Shown: positions 23,768 to 35,600 of the stretch, in pieces | Position numbering within the stretch: the first letter of the stretch is position 1 | Layout: each line of letters starts with the position of its first letter | Assembly (NCBI GenBank): GCA_950097015.1 | Contig: CATNEN010000012.1 | Coordinates: 1,736,001 to 1,800,000, forward strand | DNA length: 64,000 bases | Source: Macrostomum hystrix | Lineage: Eukaryota; Animalia; Platyhelminthes | Reading direction: 5' to 3' | Notes under the pieces: generated by a model | The model's database searches: none | What the model was told of the DNA's origin: nothing | What the model saw: the letters and a program-made list of their open reading frames with translations, nothing else | Translations under genes and position numbers: made by a program

Positions 23768-25432
23768 ATGCTGGAAGTTGCTCAGCTGGGTCTAGCCAGC
23801 CTGCTGCTGCTGCTGCTGCTGACAGCTCTGCGATGCGGTCCGCTGCTGCTGCGTCGATTAGGTCGCAGTCTCGGCTTTCAGTGTCGCCACTGGAGTCCGC
23901 GGCCCGGCGCCTGGGCCGCCCTGGCCCAGCCTGTCGGTGCCGACTGCGACGATCCGGCAGATGCGGCATCGACAGTGCTGTCCGTGTCGCCTCTGTGCCG
24001 GGCCTACGCCGAGCAGCTGGCCGGCCGGGGCCTCAACCTGTTGCTCATTAGCGATCGAACTCAGGTGCTACAGCTGCTGGCTGATCACATTCGGACTCGG
24101 TGGCATGTTCAGGTGGGTCTTTACTCTTCTCTTCCCCATTCTGTCTGATCTCTTCCCCATTCTGTCTGATCTCTTTCCCATTCTGTCTGATCTCTTCCCC
24201 ATTCTGTCTGATCTCTTCCCCATTCTGTCTGATCTCTTCCCATTCTGTCTGATCTCTTCCCCATTCTGTCTGATCTCTTTCCCATTCTGTCTGATCTCTT
24301 CCCATTCTGTCTGATCTCTTCCCCATTCTGTCTGATCTCTTCCCATTCTGTCTGATCTCTTCCCATTCTGTCTGATCTCTTTCCCATTCTGTCTGATCTC
24401 TTCCCCATTCTGTCTGATCTCTTTCCCATTCTGTCTGATCTCTTCCCCATTCTGTCTGATCTCTTCCCCATTCTGTCTGATCTCTTCCCCATTCTGTCTG
24501 ATCTCTTCCCCATTCTGTCTGATCTCTTTCCCATTCTGTCTGATCTCTTCCCCATTCTGTCTGATCTCTTTCCCATTCGGTCTGATCTCTTTCCCATTCG
24601 GTCTGATCTATTTCCCATCTTGTCTGATGTATTTCCCATTCTGTCTGATCTCTTCCCCATTCTGTCTGATCTCTTTCCCATTCTGTCTGATCTATTTCCC
24701 ATCTTGTCTGATGTATTTCCCATTCTGTCTGATCTCTTCCCCATCTTGTCTGATGTATTTCCCATTCTGCCTGATCTCTTCCCCATCTTGTCTGATGTAT
24801 TTCCCATTCTGTCTGATCTCTTCCCCATCTTGTCTGATGTATTTCCCATTCTGTCTGATCTATTTCCCATCTTGTCTGATGTATTTCCCATTCTGTCTGA
24901 TCTCTTCCCCATTCTGTCCCGAGTGTTAAATTATAGTGAATTGTTTTTCCATCAGGTCCGAATAGCAAATTGGTCTGAAGCAGCTACTGGCAGTTGTATG
25001 AATGATGACTGCTTAGAAAATGTCACCTGCTTTGTCTGCGTTCACCTGGCCTCCGCTGGTCCATCGGCCAATGGTGTTCGCGCGAGTCGCGACTTCGCCA
25101 TTAAAGCGCTTAAATGCAGTCGCTATAAAGCAGACAATTTCGCAATCGTCCACGCCCTGTCGCCTTCGCATTCCACGATGTCAGCTCCCTCGCCGTTGGC
25201 AATCGCCACTGCAGGGTTTCTGCGCCATCTGTGCCTGTGCCTGACAGACGAAGCGAAGGCAGGCGCGGATCACTTGCTATGTCTGGCTGCCCTGCCTGGC
25301 GTTGCCAGACCGAATGATGACTTCTGCCGATTCGCCAGACTATCGCTGCAACTGCTTGGCGTTGAAGCCGTCACCACAGGCTCTTTGGCTGCCGACCTGC
25401 TGGCTGTGCTTGGAGTGGCCGCAAACTGCTGA
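23768..25432 (+). CDS. Catalytically dead HSD17B12-like SDR paralogue, 273 aa, 2 exons
   Basis: Exons 23768-24112 and 24956-25432 (CAG/GTGGGT..CCATCAG/GTC, phase 0). Aligns to the upstream SDR (GAWAAL vs GGWAVV; RAYAEQLAGRGLNLLLIS vs RAYARLLAKDGLNIVLIA; HVQVRI vs NVQVRI; SLQLLGVEAVTTGSL vs ALNLLGVEQLTLGCL) but lacks TGxxxGxG, NNxG and YxxxK. Confidence 0.82.
24125..24920. repeat. 21-22-bp pyrimidine-rich minisatellite filling the SDR-paralogue intron
   Basis: (CCCATTCTGTCTGATCTCTT[C])n occupies nearly the whole 843-bp intron. Confidence 0.97.
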
Positions 25433-26399
25433 TTGGCTGTCTGATTGGCTGGCAGATATTTTGTCATTGACCTAAGTTTCGCAGGTCTTAAGTTTGTTTA
25501 ATAGTGCTTAATTAATTCTGACTCGTTCTTTTTTCTTTCTAAAATGAAAAATTTATTTTTCACGATTAACTTAGAAGTTTGCAACAATCGATTATCCTAC
25601 TTTCAGTAGTAGCAGCAACTTAACTTAAGACAGGCCATAAAAGTCTGCTTCCGCGAATGTTTACTAATAGTAAAAAGCTGGAAGCTGAAAAGACGAACAA
25701 TAACGTTGCCTTCTGTCTATTATTTGCAGCACTGTGTACATATTTTGAGCATATTTTGTACATGCATAAGTAAAGATTGATAGTTGTGTCAGACATTCTG
25801 ATGTGTGTTTGTGACAACATATGAGTCATTCTTTTTTTGCTAATTTCATGGCACTGGGTGCACGTAAACACACACATGCACACGGGCTGAATGTATGTAT
25901 AGGTTAACTCTACACCTATATGCTGCTATTTATAGACATAGCAAGCAATGCAATTAAGCTATTTGTTTTAACGGCTTTTCTAAGACAAAATAGGCATTGC
26001 AAAAGTTATAATCGGACATGATTTCGCCATTGACGTTAATTTGTAATTGTCATTTTTCCTTCAAAGCTATTCTCTAATAGATAAGCAGGAAATATTATTC
26101 TCGTTTAATAATTACAGCTTTTAGTCAAGCTTTTTCTTAATCAAGTTCGACTAAGTGTTAATCTCTTAAACATTGTATGTGTTGCTACGATCTGTGAATA
26201 ATAGTACGCTTGCATGTAATGTTGTATAACACATAAATTATTGATTATTTGTCTAGGCTGTGGTATGCTAGGTGTGGTTCATTGAAGCTTACTTAAGTTT
26301 AGAACCTTCGACTAAAGACAGTTTTTAGCATAAATTAACTAGACACCGAAAGGCAACTCATAGGTTGACCTATCGGAGCTATAGAAGCAATGCAATCTA

Positions 26400-27525
26400 G
26401 GTAAAACCTTTACAATTTAGATTAAGCGATGCAATTTAGGTGAAACCATGCAATTTAGGTGAAACAATGAAATTTAGGTGAGACCATGCAATTTAGGTGA
26501 AACCATGCAATTCAAGTGATACCATACAATTTAGGTGAAGCCATACAATTTAGGTGAGACCATACAATCTAGGTGAAACCATGAAATTTAGGTGAAGCGA
26601 TCCAAATTAAGTGAAACAATGAAATTTAGGTGAGACCATGCAATTTAGGTGAAACCATGCAATTCAAGTGATACCATACAATTTAGGTGAACCCATACAA
26701 TTTAGGTGAGACCATACAATCTAGGTGAAACCATGAAATTTAGGTGAAGCGATCCAAATTAAGTGAAACAATGAAATTTAGGTGAAACCATACAATTTAG
26801 GTGAAACCATACAATTTAAGTGAAACCATACAATTTAGGTGAAACCATATAATTAAGGTGAAACGTGTAATTTAAGTGAAACCATACAATTTAGGTGAAA
26901 CCATATAATTAAGGTGAAACGTGTAATTTAGGTGAAGCCATACAATTAAGGTGAAACCATATAATTAAGGTGAAACGTGTAATTTAGGTGAAGCCATACA
27001 ATTTAGGTGAAACCATACAATTTAGGTGAAACCATACAATTTAGGTGAAACAATGAAATTTAGGTGAAACCATACAATTTAGGTGAAACCATACAATTTA
27101 AGTGAAACCATACAATTTAGGTGAAACCATATAATTAAGGTGAAACGTGTAATTTAAGTGAAACCATACAATTTAGGTGAAACCATATAATTAAGGTGAA
27201 ACGTGTAATTTAGGTGAAGCCATACAATTAAGGTGAAACCATATAATTAAGGTGAAACGTGTAATTTAGGTGAAGCCATACAATTTAGGTGAAACCATAT
27301 AATTAAGGTGAAACGTGTAATTTAGGTGAAGCCATACAATTTAGGTGAAACCATATAATTAAGGTGAAACGTGTAATTTAGGTGAAACCATACAATTTAG
27401 GTGAAACCATACAATTTAGGTGAAACCATATAATTAAGGTGAAACGTGTAATTTAGGTGAAGCCATACAATTAAGGTGAAACCATATAATTAAGGTGAAA
27501 CGTGTAATTTAGGTGAAGCTATAAA
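26400..27525. repeat. 19-bp minisatellite (CAATTTAGGTGAAACCATA) with alternating variants
   Basis: About 58 copies with higher-order alternation. Confidence 0.96.
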
Positions 27526-27662
27526 ATTTAGGCAAAGCGAATATTTGAATTGTTAAGAAAGCAATTTTTATTAACTTGGGGAATAAGTAGATAGTGCATG
27601 AGGGATAGGATTCCTAACTGTAAAATTCATGCGCCCTGGAAGCTATAGCTACAAAGGCTTAC

Positions 27663-27961
27663 CTAACGTACGTCGGCCTTGTTTTGACCTTCTTTATCCT
27701 CATTTTCCCTTTCTCCCATTTCTCCCTCACTTCCTCAGAAATCCCCGCACCCCCATCCCCAGATGTACATTGCACACAAGGGCCAGCACGTGAGTCTGTT
27801 TTCCACTGACGTGATATTGGAGTCAACAACTCCACTGCATTGGGAAGTTCATCTTTGAAAGATGCCAAATCCTTCTCGCAAAACCGGCAAATCTGTTTTA
27901 AAAAGGACTAGAATTTTTCATAAAACTACTGTGTTTCCACCTGCGAAAGTTTAGCCAGCAT
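27663..27961 (-). CDS. Possible small gene fragment with CxxC-x33-CxxC motif
   Basis: MLAKLSQ (27961-27941), 48-bp GT-AG intron, ICRFCEKDL...GPCVQC...KKVKTRPTYV (27892-27663) ending at AG/GTAAGC; downstream exon unresolved. Confidence 0.3.
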
Positions 27962-28261
27962 GAAAAATAATTTTACGTTCCATCTCGCCGCGGCTAAATT
28001 TATTTTTTATTGTTTTAACTGCGCTTTAGTCTGCTAAGCCTTTTGGCGGCAGTTGAGCCGTGGTAACGCCTGCGAGTTTGCCCGATGTAGCCAATTGTAA
28101 TGGCACCGGACAAACTTTGCCTCACTTGCAGCTGCTTTGGCTCAGAAATTGCAACTAGATCTGCTCTAACTACAGACTGGATTCTCTTTAGAATGGGATT
28201 GTGTGGTATCTGCATAGGTCGCGTGGTATCGATAAAGTTGGTGTGGTATCTGGTGAGTTGG

Positions 28262-28640
28262 TATAGCAGCTGGAGAGGTAGAGTAACAGAGCTGGAGAGG
28301 TAGAGTGACAGAGCTGGAGAGGTAGAGTGGGAGAGCTGGAGAGGTAGAGTGGGAGAGCTGGAGAGGTAGAGTGGAGAGCAGAGCTGGAGAGGTAGAGTGG
28401 GAGAGCTGGAGAGGTAGAGTGACAGAGCTGGAGAGGTAGAGTGGGAGAGCTGGAGAGGTAGAGTGACAGAGCTGGAGAGGTAGAGTGGGAGAGCTGGAGA
28501 GGTAGAGTAACAGAGCTGGAGAGGTAGAGTGGGAGAGCTGGAGAGGTAGAGTAACAGAGCTGGAGAGGTAGAGTGACAGAGCTGGAGAGGTAGAGTGGGA
28601 GAGCTGGAGAGGTAGAGTGACAGAGTTGGAGAGGAGGAGA
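28262..28640. repeat. 22-bp purine-rich minisatellite (GAGCTGGAGAGGTAGAGTGGGA)
   Basis: About 17 copies. Confidence 0.96.
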
Positions 28641-29659
28641 GATGGAGCGGTGTAGAGTTACGTCATCCAAATATTCGTATTTTGCAGCTCGGGGAACGTC
28701 GAATTAGAAGAAGTTTTCCCATAAATATTTTTAGTACTGAGCAGAAAAAAACTTGAATATTTGCATAACATTTATTGTATCTATTGATTGAATTGGTTGA
28801 GTTGCTGTTAGTGTCTCAATTATACATAAAATGTTATTGGCGTAGTTGATGTGGTGTATCGCAGACACTTGGAACACGTCAGATATAATTTTGCAATCGC
28901 CAGAAAAATGCGTGTAAATGAGCTAGAATGGCGACAGTCTATGATATTCGACACGATACTTGGCGCCACACCGGGCCTGAAAGCACCAATTTTGGTTCAT
29001 TGTCTGTTGCGCAGAATTGACAATCAGTTTTTTCTGTATCTCAGCTTGATAATTTCTAAGAATGAGTCGGTCCGGTAAAACAAACACTCCAACTGTGGTT
29101 GAGATCGGTATGCCTTACTGCGACTATTGGCATGGGGTTAGGACATGCGTTATGTGCTCAAGCAGTGACTCAGGTCTAGTCTTGACTTAATCATGCCCGA
29201 CTGCGCAAATGTTTTGCATTTCAGATTTGGGATACAAGCTAAATTATTGTGCGGAGGTGGGCGGCTGGGCTCGGAAAGATAAGGGACCTGTTTGAGTTAG
29301 AGTTTCGTGTTAGAACAGGCGGCAACTGGCGGGGGGTTGTTGCTTTGACTATTACATAGACCATTGGCGATTGGCAATTTTTGACCAATGGCTGACCTTG
29401 CTGCCTCCAACCCTGCCTGTCTGTCCTTCTCTCCTTATCTTACCGCCTTTCTGCCTTGGCCTGACCAATTTACAGATACAAATAGGCCAACTCACAGCCG
29501 CAGTCACTGAGTCTCACTGCTCAGAGTTTGTTTTTAACGGTTTCTTACCTGTCGGCTCGTCACATCTTTAAACTATAGTTAGTAAGAATCCTAGTTGAGG
29601 ATTATTATACAATTTATCGGATATAAACAAGTCTTGATTGCAGACTGGCGTTGTTGAGA

Positions 29660-32600
29660 ATGCAGCATCAGGTGTGGCTTGTAATATTGGCTTGCTGCTC
29701 AGGTGAGTTCCGTGGATGTGACTTCCGGGTTGTGGCTTGTATTGCCTACTATAATTTTTGTGTAGCTAAGGGCTTTGTGGCCACAAGAAGCTTAAATTCC
29801 ACTATTTACAAATAATTTGTCTACTGAAGTAAATGAGCAAATCAAACACTTGATTAGTGCTTAGTGTGAGCCCTATAAATATGGTGGACGTTCACAAAAA
29901 TCTGTCATTCGGTTTGGGAGCTGTCGTGAAGTATTTAAAATTTAGAATTTGAAATCAGGGAATAATGCGGTCTTTCCACTGTTAAAAATTTACTAAAAAA
30001 TATAATTTTTACTTCCGGCTCAGGTCGTTGCGTGCTACTTACTTCGGATAGTAAGTAGTACGTAGCGCGAATTCGATTGTATTTACTTTTTATTCTAAAA
30101 AACGGCTTTTCAGGCGCCTGTCTGGCCACCCTGATTGAACCGAAGGGCGCACCTTCCACCAGCAAGGAGGTGCGCATTGGCCAGCCGTTTCGAGTGTTCG
30201 GCACTGACTACCCCAGCGGCACTAGTCTTTACGTGAGTGTATTCACCGTGAATTCAAAAGGTTTAAGCCATTTAGTGCCCAAAAAGCTGCAACCAAGAAA
30301 GCGAAAACTAGGATTCTAGTGATCTAGTGATTCTAGGAACTCGAACTCATAACTCGATTCTAGGAATGACTCGATTCTAGAAATGACTCAATTCTTGGAA
30401 TGACTCAATTCTAGGAATGACTCAATTCTAGGAAAGACTCGATTTTAGGAATGACTCGATTCTAGGAATGACTCGACTCTTAGAATTACTCGATTCTTAG
30501 AATTACTCGATTCTTGGAATGACTCGATTCTAGGAAAGACTCGATTTTAGGAATGACTCGATTCTAGGAATGACTTAATTCTAGGAACGCATTAATTCTA
30601 GGAATGAATTAATTCTAGGAATGACTCGATTCTAGGAATTACTCGATTCTTGGAATGACTCGATTCGTAGAATTACTCGATTCAAGGAAAGACTTGATTC
30701 TAGGAATGACTCGAATCTAGGAATGACTCGATTCTAGAAATGACTCGATTCTAGAAATGATTAGATTCTAGGAATTACTCGATTCTAGGAATGACTCGAT
30801 TCTAGGAATGACTCGATTGTAGGAATGACTCGATTGTAGGAATGACTCGATTCCAGGAATGACTCGATTTTAGAAATGACTCGATTCTAGGAAAGACTCG
30901 ATTTTAGGAATGGCTTAACTCTAGGAATGACTCGAATCTAGAAATGACTCGATTCTTGGAATGACTCGATTCTAGGAATGACTCGATTCTAGGAATGACT
31001 CGACTCTTAGAATTACTCGACTCTTAGAATTACTCGATTCTTGGAATGACTCGATTCGTAGAATTACTAGATTCTTGGAATGACTCGATTCCAGGAATGA
31101 CTCGATTTTAGAAATGACTCGATTCTAAGAATAATACAGTTCTTTGACGTTTTAAGTAATTCAATGTTTCTAGAAATTGGACGATTGTTGGTCATTATTG
31201 ACTGTATTAATTCGACAGCAATATCAATCTCGCTTGGAAATTCCAGATAAACTCACCAAACGGACGCATATCTGTTGGAGGCCCCATGACCGAGAACCTG
31301 CCGTCTAAGCAGCTAGCGGTCAACCTTATCCAGCCAGTTGAGTTGTTTTATAATTTCCAGTTAACGCCGGATCCAACAATGCATCTGACAAACATCTCTG
31401 GTGACCTGCTAGCAAACATGAGCCGGCTGGTGTCCGACAACTTCTGGCGAGAGACCGACTTTGCTGCCAGCAGCGGCTATCTTATCACATGGGTGGACCA
31501 GAGAAGCGCAGGCCTGGCCCCAGTGAGTGTTCTTTGAAGATACTCGAGGAAATGGACTCTTAACACCTTTGTACACGTCCTTATCCTGAAACAGTGTCTC
31601 TTCTGAAGTAGAGACCCTACCCTGAAGTAGAGACCTTACCCTGAAGTAGAGACCCTACCCTGAAGTAGAGACCCTACCCTGAAGTAGAGACCCTACCCTG
31701 AAGTAGAGACCCTACCCTGAAGTAGAGACCCTACCCTGAAGTAGAGACCTTACCCTGAAGTAGAGACCCTATCCTGAAGTAGAGACCCTACCCTGAAGTA
31801 GAGACCCTACCCTGAAGTAGAGACCCTACCCTGAAGTAGAGACCCTATCCTGAAGTAGAGACCTTACCCTGAAGTAGAGACCCTATCCTGAAGTAGAGAC
31901 CCTACCCTGAAGTAGAGACCCTACCCTGAAGTAGAGACCCTATCCTGAAGTAGAGACCTTACCCTGAAGTAGAGACCCTACCCTGAAGTAGAGACCCTAC
32001 CCTGAAGTAGAGACCCTATCCTGAAGTAGAGACCCTACCCTGAAGTAGAGACCCTACCCTGAAGTAGAGACCCTACCCTGAAGTAGAGACCCTACCCTGA
32101 AGTAGAGACCCTACCCTGAAGTAGAGACCTTACCCTGAAGTAGAGACCCTACCCTGAAGTAGAGACCCTACCCTGAAGTAGAGACCCTACCCTGAAGTAG
32201 AGACCCTATCCTGAAGTAGAGACCTTACCCTGAAGTAGAGACCCTACCCTGAAGTAGAGACCCTACCCTGAAGTAGAGACCTTACCCTGAAGTAGAGACC
32301 CTACCCTGAAGTAGAGACCCTACCCTGAAGTAGAGACCCTACCCTGAAGTAGAGACCCTACCCTGAAGTAGAGACCCTACCCTGAAGTAGAGACCCTATC
32401 CTGAAGTAGAGACCCTATCCTGAAGTAGAGACCCTATCCTGAAGTAGAGACCTTACCCTGAAGTAGAGACCTTACCCTGAAGTAGAGACCCTACCCTGAA
32501 GTAGAGACCCTATCCTGAAGTAGAGACCCTATCCTGAAGTAGAGACCCTATCCTGAAGTAGAGACCTTACCCTGAAGTAGAGACCTTACCCTGAAGTAGA

Positions 32601-35600
32601 GACCCTACCCTGAAGTAGAGACCCTACCCTGAAGTAGAGACCCTACCCTGAAGTAGAGACCCTACCCTGAAGTAGAGACCTTACCCTGAAGTAGAGACCT
32701 TACCCTGAAGTAGAGACCTTACCCTGAAGTAGAGACCCTATCCTGAAGTAGAGACCCTACCCTGAAGTAGAGACCCTACCCTGAAGTAGAGACCCTATCC
32801 TGAAGTAGAGACCTTACCCTGAAGTAGAGACCCTACCCTGAAGTAGAGACCCTACCCTGAAGTAGAGACCCTATCCTGAAGTAGAGACCCTACCCTGAAG
32901 TAGAGACCCTACCCTGAAGTAGAGACCCTACCCTGAAGTAGAGACCCTACCCTGAAGTAGAGACCCTACCCTGAAGTAGAGACCTTACCCTGAAGTAGAG
33001 ACCCTACCCTGAAGTAGAGACCCTACCCTGAAGTAGAGACCCTACCCTGAAGTAGAGACCCTATCCTGAAGTAGAGACCTTACCCTGAAGTAGAGACCCT
33101 ACCCTGAAGTAGAGACCCTACCCTGAAGTAGAGACCTTACCCTGAAGTAGAGACCCTACCCTGAAGTAGAGACCCTACCCTGAAGTAGAGACCCTACCCT
33201 GAAGTAGAGACCCTACCCTGAAGTAGAGACCCTACCCTGAAGTAGAGACCCTATCCTGAAGTAGAGACCCTATCCTGAAGTAGAGACCCTATCCTGAAGT
33301 AGAGACCTTACCCTGAAGTAGAGACCTTACCCTGAAGTAGAGACCCTACCCTGAAGTAGAGACCCTATCCTGAAGTAGAGACCCTATCCTGAAGTAGAGA
33401 CCCTATCCTGAAGTAGAGACCTTACCCTGAAGTAGAGACCTTACCCTGAAGTAGAGACCCTACCCTGAAGTAGAGACCCTACCCTGAAGTAGAGACCCTA
33501 CCCTGAAGTAGAGACCCTACCCTGAAGTAGAGACCTTACCCTGAAGTAGAGACCCTACCCTGAAGTAGAGACCCTATCCTGAAGTAGAGACCCTACCCTG
33601 AAGTAGAGACCCTACCCTGAAGTAGAGACCCTACCCTGAAGTAGAGACCCTACCCTGAAGTAGAGACCCTATCCTGAAGTAGAGACCCTATCCTGAAGTA
33701 GAGACCCTATCCTGAAGTAGAGACCCTATCCTGAAGTAGAGACCCTATCCTGAAGTAGAGACCCTATCCTGAAGTCGAGACCCTAACCTAAAATTAGGAC
33801 TCAAGCTATAAGTGGAGGTGAACACAAACTCAAACCCAATGTTTTCCTCATACTCAGGCGAATACATTCCAAGTGGCCATAATCTTTGGCAGTTCAAGCA
33901 CATTTGTCCTGTTCAATTACCACAAGATGGACCTGATCAGCCACATGAGTCAATTTGCATCGGTAAGTGATCTCCGGTGAGATGTGATTAGTTAGGAAGC
34001 TTAGTTCAGTTTAGAATTAAAATAATCCGACTTCGACAGGCTCGCATGACCCAAGCAGCTTCCGGGGACTTCACGCTGCTGCCCTTCACAGACAGCAGCA
34101 TCGGAACACTTGTTACCACTTCGGGCCTGACTGACCAGACTGCTGGCCGCTTCATCTACCGAGTTGACACCTGGCCACCTGCTCGCGGCGGCTGCCTTTC
34201 GGCCGATCCGACAGATCCGACACTCTCAACTAGTCTGGATCGCGACTCGATCCTCGGTGGCTCCGTGGCAATCCTGTCCGGCCGATGTCCGACGGCCAAC
34301 TTCGCCGCCGTCTGCCGACTCACCAATCTGCAGGGTGGCCCCATTGCTGAGCGGGCAGCCGTCCGATGCAGCCGCTGCGGCTCCGCCTTCTTGGCCTGCG
34401 AGTTGCCCGCGGCGTTGACCGCTGGTCCGGCCTTCCTGGAGCTGAGGATGACGATTAACGGAGCTGCCAGCACCTTCAAGCACCGATTTAGCATCAGTGA
34501 GGCTGGGCTGACTGAGTAGGGTGCAGGGGGTTGAGTAGGGTCGAGGGGATTGAGTATGTTGGAGGAGATTGCGTAGGGTGGAGGGGATTGAGTAGGGTGG
34601 AGGGGATTGAGTAGGTTGGAGGAGATTGAGTAGGGTGAATGGGATTGAGTATGTTGGAGGAGATTGCGTAGGGTGGAGGGGATTGAGTAGGGTGGAGGGG
34701 ATTGAGTAGGTTGGAGGGGATTGAGTAGGTTGGAGGGGATTGAGTAGGGTGCAGGGGATTGAGTACGGTGCAGGGGCTTGAGTAGGTTGGAGGGGATTGA
34801 GTAGGTTGGAGGGGATTGAGTAGGGTGCAGGGGATTGAGTAGGTTGGAGGGGATTGAGTAGGGTGCAGGGGATTGAGTACGGTGCAGGGGCTTGAGTAGG
34901 TTGGAGGGGATTGAGTAGGGTGGAGGGGATTGAGTAGGTTGGAGGGGATTAAGTAGGGTCGAGGGGACCGAGTAGGGTGCAGGGGATTGAGTGGGGTGCA
35001 GGGGATTGAGTAGGTTGGAGGGGATTGAGTAGGGTGCAGGGGATTGAGTGGGGTGCAGGGGGTTGAGTAGGGTGGAGGGGATTAAGTAGGGTCGAGGGGA
35101 CTGAGTAGGTTGCAGGGGATTGAGTAGGTTGGAGGGGATTGAGTAGGGTGCAGGGGATTGAGTGGGGTGCAGGGGGTTGAGTAGGGTGGACGGGATTAAG
35201 TAGGGTCGAGGGGACTGAGTAGGGTGCAGGGGATTGAGTGGGGTGCAGGGGGTTGAGTAGGGTGGAGGGGATTAAGTAGGGTCGAGGGGACTGAGTAGGG
35301 TCGAGGGGACTGAGTAGGGTGCAGGGGATTGAGTGGGGTGCAGGGGGTTGAGTAGGGTGGAGGGGATTAAGTAGGGTCGAGGGGACTGAATAGGGTGCAG
35401 GGGATTGAGTAGGTTGGAGGGGATTGAGTAGGTTGGAGGGATTGAGTAGGGTGCAGGGGATTGAGTAGGGTGGAGGGGATTAAGTAGGGTCGAGGGGACT
35501 GAGTAGGGTCGAGGGGACTGAGTAGGGTGCAGGGGATTGAGTGGGGTGCAGGGGGTTGAGTAGGGTGGAGGGGATTAAGTAGGGTCGAGGGGACTGAGTA

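Noticed and set aside
24048-24968. Multiple repeat ORFs inside the SDR paralogue
   Set aside because: All derive from the intronic 21-22-bp array.
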